Shown: positions 19,287 through 30,783, numbered from the stretch's first letter. The stretch: DNA of 64,000 bases from an uncultured Desulfovibrionaceae bacterium (GCA_964370305.1 CAYJIU010000001.1:2091-66090); one strand, 5' to 3'. A program made the numbers and translations. The notes: generated by a model not told the origin, from the sequence alone.

Positions 19287-21026
19287 TTATTCTGTGTCCT
19301 CACCACCTTGGTGTGCATCTTGCTTTTTAGCATCGTCCTCAGCTCTGAGTACGCGACGTAAAACCTTGCCCACTATGGTTTTGGGAAGTTCCTCACGAAA
19401 CTCTACGCTGCGAGGAATTTTGTAGGATGCAAGTTTGCTTCTACACCAAGCCATAACTTCAGCGCGGGTCATTTTTTCGCCTGGTTGCAGTACAATAAAC
19501 GCTTTTATGCTTTCACCGCGAACACTATCGTCAACGCCTACCGCCACAGCCTCAAGTATGCTTGGATGTTCAAGTAAAACTTCATCCACTTCACGTGGGT
19601 AAACATTGTAGCCACCTACAATAACCATATCTTTTTTGCGATCGGTAATATAAAAAAATCCTTCTTCATCCATGGTACCAAGGTCGCCGGTATATAGCCA
19701 GCCATTGCGCAGGGCTGATGCAGTTTCATCTTCTTTATTCCAGTACCCGGCCATGATTTGCGGGCCTTTGATGATAAGCTCGCCTAATTTGCCAGGTGCT
19801 AGGGTGAGGGAACCACCTTCCATATCCACGATGCGCGCGCGTGTACTAGGCAGTGGCATGCCGATGGAGCCAACCTTTTGATTATGAGATATTAAGGGGT
19901 TAATATGAGTGATGGGTGAGGCCTCGGTTAGGCCATAACCCTCAATAATGGTTGCGCCGGTAAGATCTTGAAATTTACGGAAATGCTCTTGAGGTAGCGG
20001 AGCAGAGCCGGAAATACAAAGCTTAATGCACTTTAAATCATAATCTGATAGATTTTTTTGCTGCATAAGCGATATATAGACTGATGGTGCACCTGGGAAG
20101 ATGGTTGGTTTATGTTTTTTAATAAGCTTTAGAACATCTTGCGGTACGTAGCGCGGCATGGGCAAGGATGTACCCATAATGGCCGTAGGAATAATGAGCC
20201 CAACGCATAAACCATAAACATGGAAGAAGGGTAAAAGGGCCACAAGTTTATGATGCTCGTTGACAGCCTCACTAATAACACTGAGTATTTGTTGACAGTT
20301 TGTTCCAATATTAGCATGAGTTAGCATGACACCCTTGGGCAATCCTGTTGTGCCTCCGGTGTATTGTAGCATGGCCACAGTGTCGGCCGTGATACGTTGT
20401 TTTGCACAGTACCGATGGGTGGATGTGAACATATTTTTCCACTGCACTATATCTTCATGATTATAAGGCACTTCCACATGTGTATTGCTGCGTTTTGCCT
20501 TGAATTTGTACAGGTAATTTAGGGGAAAGGATAGGGCATCGCCAATGCAAGTGATGATGTAGTTTTCGATGGGCAGTCTATCGCGCAATGGATCAATCTT
20601 CGTCCAAAGTAAATCCAGCATGATTAGATGCTTAGCACCAGAATCTTGCATATGGTGAATGATTTCTGACTCCATATAAAGTGGGTTAGTCATAACGGCA
20701 ATGGCCCCCGCCTTCATTACACCCCAAAAAGCGATAATAGCTTGGGGTACATTGGGGAGCATAATGGCGACACGATCACCATGATTAACGCCCATGAGGC
20801 GTAATGATGATGCAAAAACTTCTGCCTTATCACGCAGTTGCGTATAATTAATCTTGGTATTTTGAAAGATAATTGCCGCACGGTTAGGGTGCTGTCTTGC
20901 CGCGGCATCAAGTAGGGCAAAGATAGGTTGATTAAAAGTATCAACCTCATGCACAACACCTTCATCATATTGTTGTAGCCATGGTTTTTCATCAAAATGC
21001 TGAGTTGGTATAGCTTGTTCTGTCAT
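19287..21026 (-). CDS. long-chain fatty acid--CoA ligase (AMP-binding enzyme)
   Basis: Motifs present are YTGGTTGLPKGV, GYGLTE, YTGDLG and PKTIVGKVLRR. Confidence 0.85.
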   Translation of the reverse strand: MTEQAIPTQHFDEKPWLQQYDEGVVHEVDTFNQPIFALLDAAARQHPNRAAIIFQNTKINYTQLRDKAEVFASSLRLMGVNHGDRVAIMLPNVPQAIIAFWGVMKAGAIAVMTNPLYMESEIIHHMQDSGAKHLIMLDLLWTKIDPLRDRLPIENYIITCIGDALSFPLNYLYKFKAKRSNTHVEVPYNHEDIVQWKNMFTSTHRYCAKQRITADTVAMLQYTGGTTGLPKGVMLTHANIGTNCQQILSVISEAVNEHHKLVALLPFFHVYGLCVGLIIPTAIMGTSLPMPRYVPQDVLKLIKKHKPTIFPGAPSVYISLMQQKNLSDYDLKCIKLCISGSAPLPQEHFRKFQDLTGATIIEGYGLTEASPITHINPLISHNQKVGSIGMPLPSTRARIVDMEGGSLTLAPGKLGELIIKGPQIMAGYWNKEDETASALRNGWLYTGDLGTMDEEGFFYITDRKKDMVIVGGYNVYPREVDEVLLEHPSILEAVAVGVDDSVRGESIKAFIVLQPGEKMTRAEVMAWCRSKLASYKIPRSVEFREELPKTIVGKVLRRVLRAEDDAKKQDAHQGGEDTE

Positions 21027-21049
21027 AATAGTAATAACTCTCAGTGTTT

Positions 21050-22243
21050 TTAGCTGTATGCAATGGCATTGACTAGGGCAATAGCTTTAATTCCTTCTCC
21101 ATTTCCTGTAAAGCCGAGCCCTTCCTCAGTTGTTGCTTTAACATTTATGTTTTGTACGGGGATATGGAGTAAATACGCGATATTTTTTGCAATGGCTGCT
21201 CGTTGCGGCCCGATTTTTGGTTTTTGGGTAATGATTGTTAAGTCAACACCTGTTATCTTAATGTGTTTTTGTGATAACATTTGTAAAACATTACTTAATA
21301 ATACAGCAGAGTCCGCATTATTAAAATGTGCATCAGTGTCTGGAAAGTGTTGCCCAATATCACCTAATGCAGCACAACCAAGCATGGCATCCATAAGTGC
21401 GTGCAAAAGCACATCACCATCAGAATGTGCTTCCACCTCAAGCTTGCCGTCCATAAGCACGCCGCCAAGTTTTAAAGGGCGACCTTTGCCAAAACGGTGC
21501 ACATCATAGCCAAAGCCGCTGCATAGCCTAGTTGTGGGTTGATTTTGCAATAAGTGCATATGTCTAGCCTCAGTGATTTTAATGTTTTGTTCATCACCCT
21601 TTATCATATATACAGGATGATTACAATATTCAAGTAGGGACGCATCGTCGGTGACATCGAGGTTTTTTGATTGGCTTATGATATGCGCTTTTTCTAAAGC
21701 ATGTCGCTCAAATCCTTGCGGGGTTTGCACAGTGAAAAGATTTGAGCGATCAATGGTTTGGATAATCATTTCATCTTGTACATTTTTGATGGTGTCGGTT
21801 ATGGCAAGCCCTGGCACAACACCCATATGTCCAGCATCTAAGGCTAAGCATATATCTTCCACCAATTGAGCACTCATAAATGGTCTTGCGCTATCGTGAA
21901 TAATTGCGTGGGTACAAGTGGGAGGCAGGGCTTTTAGCCCTTCATATACCGAATCTTGACGGCGTGGGCCCCCAGCAACACAATGCCATTTTAGGCCTAG
22001 AGTTTTGTTTTGCTCAAGTTCATTTAGACGTGCTTTTTCAGCCTCAAGGTGGTCGCTTGGAAATACAAATACAATGCCCTGCATGCGGGCATTGCGACTG
22101 AAGGTTTTTGCTGAGTGGTAGTATAAAGGTAGGTCTTGATACAATATAAATTGCTTGGGCTTACCACTGGTTTTAGTTGTAAGCCTTAAGCCTTGTCCGG
22201 CAGCAAGGATGATGGCCCAAGGGCAAACTGTTTTATTTATCAT
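21050..22243 (-). CDS. ispDF: bifunctional 2-C-methyl-D-erythritol 4-phosphate cytidylyltransferase / 2,4-cyclodiphosphate synthase
   Basis: The N-terminal IspD part has ILAAGQGLRL. The C-terminal IspF part has GYDVHRF and HSDGDVLLHAL. Confidence 0.95.
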   Translation of the reverse strand: MINKTVCPWAIILAAGQGLRLTTKTSGKPKQFILYQDLPLYYHSAKTFSRNARMQGIVFVFPSDHLEAEKARLNELEQNKTLGLKWHCVAGGPRRQDSVYEGLKALPPTCTHAIIHDSARPFMSAQLVEDICLALDAGHMGVVPGLAITDTIKNVQDEMIIQTIDRSNLFTVQTPQGFERHALEKAHIISQSKNLDVTDDASLLEYCNHPVYMIKGDEQNIKITEARHMHLLQNQPTTRLCSGFGYDVHRFGKGRPLKLGGVLMDGKLEVEAHSDGDVLLHALMDAMLGCAALGDIGQHFPDTDAHFNNADSAVLLSNVLQMLSQKHIKITGVDLTIITQKPKIGPQRAAIAKNIAYLLHIPVQNINVKATTEEGLGFTGNGEGIKAIALVNAIAYS

Positions 22244-22373
22244 CTATAAAGAATTCTGCACAATTATTTTATAGCGTTATTTTTGTGCTTTTGTAATAAA
22301 TTTTCACTTTTCTAAAAAAATTATGTGTGCAGGACTCTTGATTTTTGGCCGCATTGACTGCGTTGACGCTCTA

Positions 22374-22400
22374 TGAAAAACTGCATAATGAATTATGCAG
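22374..22400 (-). terminator. intrinsic terminator downstream of rnpB
   Basis: On the minus strand the hairpin ctgcataa-ttca-ttatgcag is followed by TTTTT. Confidence 0.6.
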
Positions 22401-22412
22401 ATATTTCTATAA

Positions 22413-22786
22413 TACAAGAGTCGGACTATAAGCCGGGTTCTGTCATATGCTATTGTTAAAAACAAGAGCAAGAGACCGCCATTCCTCTAGGGATATGATT
22501 ACTCATATCCTCAAGCAACCTACCCGAAAGGTTTGACCGGGCAAGTCACCTTTCCTATTTGGTTTTGCTCCCAATGGGGCTTGCCTAGCTTGCCATGTCG
22601 CCATGACAACTGGTAGGCTCTTACCCTACCGTTTCACCCTTACCCCATATTCATGGGGCGGTTTACTTTCTGTTGCGCTTGCCGAGGGTTGCCCCCCCTG
22701 GGTGTTACCCAGCATTGCGCCCTATGGAGCCCGGACTTTCCTCCCCGTAAAAAATTACGCAGCGGCGGCCCGTCCGACTCTTGTAA
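22413..22786 (-). ncRNA. rnpB: RNase P RNA, bacterial type A
   Basis: The minus strand carries GGGGAGGAAAGUCCGGGCUCC, GGUAAGGGUGAAACGGUAGGGUAAGAGCCUACC, GAGCAAAACCAAAUAGG, GGGUAGGUUGCUUGAG and GACAGAACCCGGCUUAU. P1 pairs CAAGAGUCGGAC (5') with GUCCGACUCUUG (3'). Confidence 0.95.
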
Positions 22787-22789
22787 ATT

Positions 22790-23578
22790 TTAGTCTTCGG
22801 TTACAACTTCTATCTTTTTTTCTGCTACTGCTTTTTCTGCCACTACATCATCAGGGTTGGTGAAATGTTCGCACCAATAAATAAGACGCTGACAATTGGG
22901 GCAGCTTAAAATTTGTTGACCGCGTTGCAACTCAATAAAGGTTTGCGGCGGGATAGCAATGTGGCAGCCACTGCAAATGCCTGCATTTACAGGAACAATG
23001 ACTGGGTGCTCCAAGCGTCTACGGATGAATTCATAACGCTGAAATACTGGTTGTGGTACTATGGAACCAGTGGAGGATCTAACAGTTTGCAGGTCGGTAA
23101 GTTTTTTTTCTGCATTTTGCATGCGCTCTTGTAGGCCTTCTCGCTTTACTTCAAGCTCAGCTTTCAGGGCTAAGTAGTCGCCATCAATTTCTTTTAAGGT
23201 TTCTTCTTGGTTTTCAAGCTCTTCAACTAAAACTATCTTTTCTTCTTCGCGGGTGCGATTTTGTTTTTCCATGCTATCCATTTCACGCATCATAGCATGA
23301 TATTCACGCTGATTGCTTACTTGCATGAGCTTGTTTTTACTCTTTTTAATGCGCACGGTATCATCATCAATTTCTACACCAATACGCTTTTGCTGCTCTT
23401 TAATGTGGGTGATTTTATCAACAACTCTATTGCGTTGTTCTTCGGCCACATTAAAACGCTCATCAAGACTTTCTAGCTCTTGTGGGGCAAGTTTTAGCTC
23501 AGTTTTAACGGCATGTATGGCATCATCAACCTTTTGTAAGGCAACAAGTTGTTCAATTTGTTTTAAATATAAGCTCAT
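22790..23578 (-). CDS. coiled-coil protein with C-terminal C4 zinc ribbon (COG1579/DUF164-like)
   Basis: It has a long coiled coil, then CSGCH...CPNC. It sits in the usual position after a Nif3-family gene. The start is taken at MSLYLK, preceded by AAGGAG. Confidence 0.75.
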   Translation of the reverse strand: MSLYLKQIEQLVALQKVDDAIHAVKTELKLAPQELESLDERFNVAEEQRNRVVDKITHIKEQQKRIGVEIDDDTVRIKKSKNKLMQVSNQREYHAMMREMDSMEKQNRTREEEKIVLVEELENQEETLKEIDGDYLALKAELEVKREGLQERMQNAEKKLTDLQTVRSSTGSIVPQPVFQRYEFIRRRLEHPVIVPVNAGICSGCHIAIPPQTFIELQRGQQILSCPNCQRLIYWCEHFTNPDDVVAEKAVAEKKIEVVTED

Positions 23579-23622
23579 GGCAATCTCCTTCAAATGCGTA
23601 TATTGTAAATAAGTTAATACCT

Positions 23623-24405
23623 TTACACGCTTGCAGTGCGCAAGGGTGATACAGAGGGTATAAATTTTATCTCAATGGGTAAAAGTTTTGTAAGGTCACG
23701 ACTAAATTCTTGCATCATATATTCCTCAAGGCTGTGATGACCAACATCAAGGGTACATACTGGGCTTTCCAGTGCGCTGTGATATTTTACATCGCCAGTA
23801 ATAAATATATCTGCGCCAAGTGTATGGGCTTTTTGCATAAACGAAGAACCAGAGCCAGTGCAATAAGCAACGCGCTTAATTTGCTGCGGCGATGGCCCAC
23901 AAAGCGTTGCAGTATCAAGCTGGATATGACTTTGTAGCTCTTGCAATAAAGCGTCATAACTTATGGATTTTGTTAAATCACCCACAAGGCCAAAACCTGC
24001 ACTTTTTCCGATTTCAATTTCACCAACAACTTCAATAACCTGCATGTTTGTGAGCTCAAGTGCGCGCCCAAGCCAACCCACTGGCCCAAAGGGGTTAATA
24101 TCCAGTGAGGTGTGTGCTGCATACAGAGCCACATCATTGTTGAAAAGTAAGCGTAATACATGGTGATAATGGTCAAGTTTATCCGGTAAACGCCCTTGCA
24201 TGAGCAGGGGATGGTGCGAAAGTATAAGCTCGGATTTTTGACTTATGGCAGCTGTAATGGAATCAGGGCTTGGGTCAAGGCAAACAGCCATGCATTGTAT
24301 ATCTTGTTTTAAGGATGCTACTTGAATACCGCAATTATCCCATGCGGCGGCTAAACTTGGCGGGGCTATTTTTTCAATAACTTCTATTATTTCAGATAGT
24401 TTCAT
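23623..24405 (-). CDS. Nif3-like dinuclear metal centre protein
   Basis: It is 260 aa with N-terminal ...APPSLAAAWDNCGIQV, SHHPLL, and C-terminal GHHSLE. Confidence 0.85.
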   Translation of the reverse strand: MKLSEIIEVIEKIAPPSLAAAWDNCGIQVASLKQDIQCMAVCLDPSPDSITAAISQKSELILSHHPLLMQGRLPDKLDHYHHVLRLLFNNDVALYAAHTSLDINPFGPVGWLGRALELTNMQVIEVVGEIEIGKSAGFGLVGDLTKSISYDALLQELQSHIQLDTATLCGPSPQQIKRVAYCTGSGSSFMQKAHTLGADIFITGDVKYHSALESPVCTLDVGHHSLEEYMMQEFSRDLTKLLPIEIKFIPSVSPLRTASV

Positions 24406-24419
24406 TCAAAAAACTCACA

Positions 24420-24456
24420 TAAAAAAAGTGCTTTCTTTGTTTAGGAGAAAGCACTT
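24420..24456 (-). terminator. intrinsic terminator between purQ-like gene and nif3-like gene
   Basis: On the minus strand an 11-bp stem aagtgctttct/agaaagcactt is followed by TTTTT. It ends ~15 nt before the nif3 start codon. Confidence 0.6.
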
Positions 24457-24606
24457 GGTAAAGATAATTTATAACATCCTTGCGGCATCTCCCATACATG
24501 TACTTTTTTAAGCTTGTTGTCAAGCTTTTTATGCTTTGAAAATGATGGCTACCCACGGTGTTTTTTACAAAAGCTATAATTGGTAAAAATTATTCGTATA
24601 CGTAGG

Positions 24607-25413
24607 CTATAGATTGCGTAAATACTTAATGGCATTAACAAAAAGTAATGTGCCAGGAGGGGATACTTCACCTCTTGTCCAGCCCGGATGGTTGGTTACG
24701 TGGTGAAATGCCTCAGGATGCGGCATAAGCCCAAGCATGCGTCCGCTTGGATCGCAAAGTCCGGCAATACCTAAGGGAGAACCATTGGGATTTGCAGGGT
24801 AATCTTGTGTAATATCAAGATTATCATCTACATATTGTAGGGCTATTAATTGTTCATTTTGCAAGCGATTAAGGCAAGCTTCATCGGTGGGAATTATTTT
24901 ACCTTCACCATGGCGCACGGGGCAAGTTACATACTCAAGACCCTTGGTAAAAACACAAGGGCTATCAGGGTTTACACGCATTGTTACCCAGCGGTCTTCG
25001 TATCTTGCAGAGTCATTATGCCCTAGCGAAACATGGCGCACAAAGCTTTGACCATCAAAGCTTGGCAAGAGTCCAAGTTTAACCATTAGCTGAAAACCAT
25101 TGCAAATCCCAAGGATAAGTTTGCCCTCAGCCATAAAATTTTTAAGATGCTCAAGTAGAGGTGTTCCGTTTGCATCTTCAAGATAACGCCAGCGCATGCT
25201 TGCAGCGTGGGCCGCACCTAAGTCATCACCATCTAAAAAACCACCCGGAAAAATGAGGAAATGATAGTCGGCAAGTTTTATTTTGGCATTAACAATATCT
25301 GAAAAATGCACCACATCTGCTTTGTCTGAACCAGCCAAACGTGCAGTGTGAGCAGTTTCAAGATGTGAATTTGTGCCGTATCCAGTGATGACTAGCGTGT
25401 TGACAGTGCCCAT
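24607..25413 (-). CDS. purQ: phosphoribosylformylglycinamidine synthase glutamine amidotransferase subunit (PurQ-like)
   Basis: It is a class-I GATase with LILGICNGFQL, HGEG and LGLMPHPE. It resembles the PurL glutaminase domain. Confidence 0.8.
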   Translation of the reverse strand: MGTVNTLVITGYGTNSHLETAHTARLAGSDKADVVHFSDIVNAKIKLADYHFLIFPGGFLDGDDLGAAHAASMRWRYLEDANGTPLLEHLKNFMAEGKLILGICNGFQLMVKLGLLPSFDGQSFVRHVSLGHNDSARYEDRWVTMRVNPDSPCVFTKGLEYVTCPVRHGEGKIIPTDEACLNRLQNEQLIALQYVDDNLDITQDYPANPNGSPLGIAGLCDPSGRMLGLMPHPEAFHHVTNHPGWTRGEVSPPGTLLFVNAIKYLRNL

Positions 25414-25835
25414 ATTTACTACCTCTTTGATATATCAATGCAAGCCCATAACCATCATTTTTGTGGCATGGCATTTTTATTTTGTTAAAAAAAATTATGC
25501 AGTGCCATTGGAGACCTTTGCGCAATTCATTGCGTAGAGTCTCATGGAGCATTGGCTACAGTCAATGCGACCAAAAATCAAGAGTAGGGCTAGCTTTGCT
25601 TGCCCGTTAAACGATTGATTTTTTTGTCATTTGCTCTGCAGACCTTTTTTTGTTGTTTGAGTAACTTTTCAAAATTTAACAGCAAAGTTGTATTTGAAAA
25701 TAATTATACAGAGCCCTCCATTAGGCGGATTGCAAATATAAATGCAATTGACATGAAGGTCAATGCTAGCTTTTTGTATTCAATATGTATATAATGCAAG
25801 AGGCGTGAGTGTATTTTTTAAAACAATATATATGA

Positions 25836-27491
<1,656 letters not shown>

Positions 27492-27564
27492 ATTTATTGA
27501 TATAACGATTTAGTCTGGCCATGATGCTTTACTCATGGGCTTGGTACTTTTATTGCATAAATTT

Positions 27565-27594
27565 AAGGACAGTGAAAAAACTGTCCTTTTTTTT
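27565..27594 (+). terminator. intrinsic terminator after pyrG
   Basis: The hairpin aaggacag-tgaaaaaa-ctgtcctt is followed by TTTTTT. Confidence 0.8.
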
Positions 27595-27623
27595 GACACA
27601 GCTGACTTTAATAGGAGTTCAAC

Positions 27624-27938
27624 ATGACCCAGCAAATTTCTAATCCTTTGCTTTCTTTTAACAATGATCGCATGGCTGCGCATACGGCATTTCGTACCCC
27701 AAGCCCTGTGGCTGCGCAAACTTCTGCATCTGCGCCTGTGGCCTTGCAAGATACCATGTCCATCGGGCAAGCTGCTCCGGCTTTATCAAGAATGGCAGCT
27801 CCAAAACCCACTCAATTAGATGATAATCAAGCAGATATGGCCCTTGAGCAAGTGCAACACAATGCTCAGGATGTACTAGCTGCACACAATGGCATTGATC
27901 CTGATCGTGTGGCTAGGCTTTTGAGCTTACTAGAATAG
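27624..27938 (+). CDS. hypothetical small protein (104 aa)
   Basis: An AGGAG lies 7 nt upstream of the ATG. The protein is A/P/Q-rich with a helical C-terminus. I recognise no family. Confidence 0.5.
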   Translation: MTQQISNPLLSFNNDRMAAHTAFRTPSPVAAQTSASAPVALQDTMSIGQAAPALSRMAAPKPTQLDDNQADMALEQVQHNAQDVLAAHNGIDPDRVARLLSLLE

Positions 27939-28022
27939 TGTTATAAATTTCATGACTTGACGATAGTTTTTTATTGTGCAAAGTTATACTTTCAGCATTA
28001 ATAAAACAATTGAGTTGGAAGT

Positions 28023-29207
28023 ATGAATTGGCAAGAAAAACGTCAACAAAATCTGAATGATGCACGATGCATTGTGGTAAAAGTCGGTAGTGCAGTTCTT
28101 ACCGGCACGCAAGGCATTGATGCAACTATTTTGAATAATATAGTCAGTCAATTGGCTTTTTTGCGTTCTTTACCCACATCTAAAGGGGGAAAACGCAAAG
28201 TTGTACTGGTTTCATCAGGTGCGGTTGCTGCCGGTAGGGCGGCCCTTAATAAACATGATGTTACTGAAATTTCAGGTCTTTCTGCCAAACAAGCCGCAGC
28301 TGCCATTGGTCAAAGTAGGCTTATGCAGCACTATGACCAAGCCTTTGCCAAGCACCATTTAATGACAGCCCAAGTATTGCTTACCCGCGATGATTTGCGC
28401 TCACGCCAACGCTTTTTGAATGCTCGCAATACATTTGCCGAGCTTTTGGCTTGGGGTGTTGTGCCTGTTGTTAATGAAAATGATACCGTATCTGTGCATG
28501 AATTAAAGTTTGGTGATAATGATTGCCTTTCAAGTCTGCTTGTGAATTTAATTGAGGCTGATTTATTTATAAATTTGACCTCGGCCAACGGCGTACTTAG
28601 CAAAAATCCTGACCAAGATCCCAACGCTCATATTATGCCATGCATTGAAGCTATTCATGATCTTGACCTCAATGCCCTGTGTGGCGGCAAAACTTCAGTG
28701 GGGTCAGGTGGCATGTATTCAAAGCTTTTAGCTGCTAGGCGGGTGGCTCAACTGGGCGTATCCACTGTTATATTGCCCGGTCGCGTAGCTGATATTATAC
28801 AAAATTTATTTAGCCTTGGCACTGCTGCCGATCAATGTGGAACATGGGTTTGTGCCAATAGCCATGCCATAGCTAGGCGTAAATTTTGGCTTGCTTATCA
28901 GTCAGATCCTTCTGGTAGCATTGTGATAGATAGTGGTGCTGCCAATGCCTTAGGGCAAAAAGGAAGTAGTCTTTTGCCCGGCGGAATTGTTGGTGTTGAG
29001 GGTAATTTTCAACAAGGGGCCTTGGTGCGTATTTTAATGCAAGGCAATGACCAACAAAGCCTAGGGGTTGGGCTTTCCAATTATTCCGCCACTGAGATTA
29101 AACGCATCATGGGTCTAAAAAGACATGAAGTATCGGCCATTCTTGGTAATGCCCACTATCCAGAAGTTATTCATCGCGATAACCTTTTATTGGATGCAGC
29201 TATTTAA
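28023..29207 (+). CDS. proB: glutamate 5-kinase
   Basis: It has VVKVGSAVLT, the amino-acid kinase fold and a C-terminal PUA-like domain. Confidence 0.95.
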   Translation: MNWQEKRQQNLNDARCIVVKVGSAVLTGTQGIDATILNNIVSQLAFLRSLPTSKGGKRKVVLVSSGAVAAGRAALNKHDVTEISGLSAKQAAAAIGQSRLMQHYDQAFAKHHLMTAQVLLTRDDLRSRQRFLNARNTFAELLAWGVVPVVNENDTVSVHELKFGDNDCLSSLLVNLIEADLFINLTSANGVLSKNPDQDPNAHIMPCIEAIHDLDLNALCGGKTSVGSGGMYSKLLAARRVAQLGVSTVILPGRVADIIQNLFSLGTAADQCGTWVCANSHAIARRKFWLAYQSDPSGSIVIDSGAANALGQKGSSLLPGGIVGVEGNFQQGALVRILMQGNDQQSLGVGLSNYSATEIKRIMGLKRHEVSAILGNAHYPEVIHRDNLLLDAAI

Positions 29208-29232
29208 CCATTTATAATTAAGAGTGATTTTT

Positions 29233-30498
29233 ATGGATACGACATTTGAGCAAAACATAATACGCATAGGTCAACAAGCCAAAAAAGCCGCCCGCACCCT
29301 CATGGGGGCAAGCCCTGCACAAAAAAATAAAGCTCTAAGCATTTTAGCTAATTTATTAGATAGCAAACGCAATGATATATTTGCGGCCAATGCTAAGGAT
29401 ATGGAAAATGCTAAGGCCAAGGGCATGGATAGAGATAGGCTTGATCGCTTATATCTAGCTGATAATATTATTGATGAAATGGTTAGTGCTTGTCACCATG
29501 TGGCTGAATTGCCAGACCCTGTGGGGGCCATGACTACGCAATGGCAAAGACCAAATGGACTATTGGTTGGGCGCATGCGTATTCCGCTTGGGGTTATTGC
29601 TATGATTTATGAATCACGCCCCAATGTGACCATTGATGCGGCTATTCTTTGTTTTAAAGCGGGTAATGCTGTAATCTTACGTGGTGGTTCTGAGGCTTTG
29701 CACTCAAACCTTGCCTTAGCAAAGCTTTTACATCAAGCTTTAGAGCAAGCCGGGCTACCAGTTAATGTGGCGCAAATAATTGAAACAACAGATAGAAATG
29801 TTATTCCAATACTGTGCTCCATGGAAGATTATATTGATGTGATTATCCCGCGAGGTGGTGAAGATTTAGTGCGCTCAGTAACCAAACAAGCCACCATGCC
29901 TGTGCTTAAGCATTATATTGGAGTGTGTCACGCATTTATTGATGAAAGTGCTAATATGGATGAGGCCTTAAACATTGCTTATAATGGCAAAGTGCAGCGT
30001 CCGGGTGTGTGTAATGCTTTAGAATGTATACTTATTCATAAAAATATTGCTGATGAATTTTTACCCATGCTTGGGGCAAAGCTTGGCAAGGATGGGGTGG
30101 AGTTTAGGGCTTGTGCGAAATCCTTAGCACTACTTGGGCCTAGTGCGAAAGCTCAAAAACCTGATGATTTAGGTAAAGAATTTCATTCGCTTATCCTTGC
30201 AGTCTGTGTTGTTGATGATTTAGATGCCGCTATGGAACACATTGCCAAGTATGGCTCACAGCATACAGAAATCATATGCACCAATGATTATGTCAATGCC
30301 ACGCGCTTTATGCGTGAGGTTGATGCCTCCATGACTGCGGTCAATGCCTCCACTCGTTTTAATGATGGCGGGCAATTGGGCCTTGGGGCAGAAATTGGCA
30401 TTTCTACTTCTAAGTTACATTCTTATGGGCCCATGGGTGTACTTGAGCTTACAACCACAAAATTTGTAGTCTTTGGTCAAGGTCAAGTGCGAGAATAG
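29233..30498 (+). CDS. proA: gamma-glutamyl phosphate reductase
   Basis: It belongs to the aldehyde dehydrogenase family, with the catalytic region RPGVCNALECILIH. The tracked ORF begins at GTG 29224; the ATG at 29233 is preferred. Confidence 0.95.
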   Translation: MDTTFEQNIIRIGQQAKKAARTLMGASPAQKNKALSILANLLDSKRNDIFAANAKDMENAKAKGMDRDRLDRLYLADNIIDEMVSACHHVAELPDPVGAMTTQWQRPNGLLVGRMRIPLGVIAMIYESRPNVTIDAAILCFKAGNAVILRGGSEALHSNLALAKLLHQALEQAGLPVNVAQIIETTDRNVIPILCSMEDYIDVIIPRGGEDLVRSVTKQATMPVLKHYIGVCHAFIDESANMDEALNIAYNGKVQRPGVCNALECILIHKNIADEFLPMLGAKLGKDGVEFRACAKSLALLGPSAKAQKPDDLGKEFHSLILAVCVVDDLDAAMEHIAKYGSQHTEIICTNDYVNATRFMREVDASMTAVNASTRFNDGGQLGLGAEIGISTSKLHSYGPMGVLELTTTKFVVFGQGQVRE

Positions 30499-30506
30499 CT
30501 ATCTTA

Positions 30507-30783
30507 GTCGAAGCTGAAAAAGTCATTTTTCAATGACTTTTTGAAAGGCACACTGGCTCCAAATACCCCTTTGGGGTCGCCAGAAGTTAATTCTGGCTTA
30601 TTTTACGCCGTGCGCAATTTTTCTTACAGAAAAATTGCGTTAGTCGTCACGTGAAAAACGTATTTTGGCACCATAAAAATGCCAGAAAAGTGCATTTCAT
30701 GCCCTTATTTCTGGCATTTTATTTGTCAATTTTTGCTAAAAAATAATTTATTTTCAATGTTTTGTATAGTTTTTCAGTGTCGA
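30507..30783. mobile_element. MITE-like non-autonomous element (terminal inverted repeats, flanking direct repeat, no ORF)
   Basis: The left end is GTCGAAGCTGAAAAAGT and the right end (reverse complement) is GTCGACACTGAAAAACT. It is flanked by CTATCTTA at 30499-30506 and 30784-30791 and holds at least 4 internal hairpins. Confidence 0.6.

Noticed and set aside
22787-22792. A TAAAAT -10-like hexamer (minus strand) as the rnpB promoter.
   Set aside because: It would place the transcription start inside helix P1, and there is no -35 at 16-18 bp. It is therefore not called as a promoter.
22603-22863. An 86-aa plus-strand ORF.
   Set aside because: It lies antisense across the RNase P RNA and the end of the zinc-ribbon gene. 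Its sequence is explained by the conserved rnpB structure, so it is not a gene.
30666-30683. Sigma-54-like TGGCAC/TGGCAT elements, here and at 25464-25480 and 40904-40919.
   Set aside because: The GG-to-GC spacing is wrong in each case (13 nt, no TTGC element, and 9 nt instead of 10). Sigma-54 promoters do not tolerate this.
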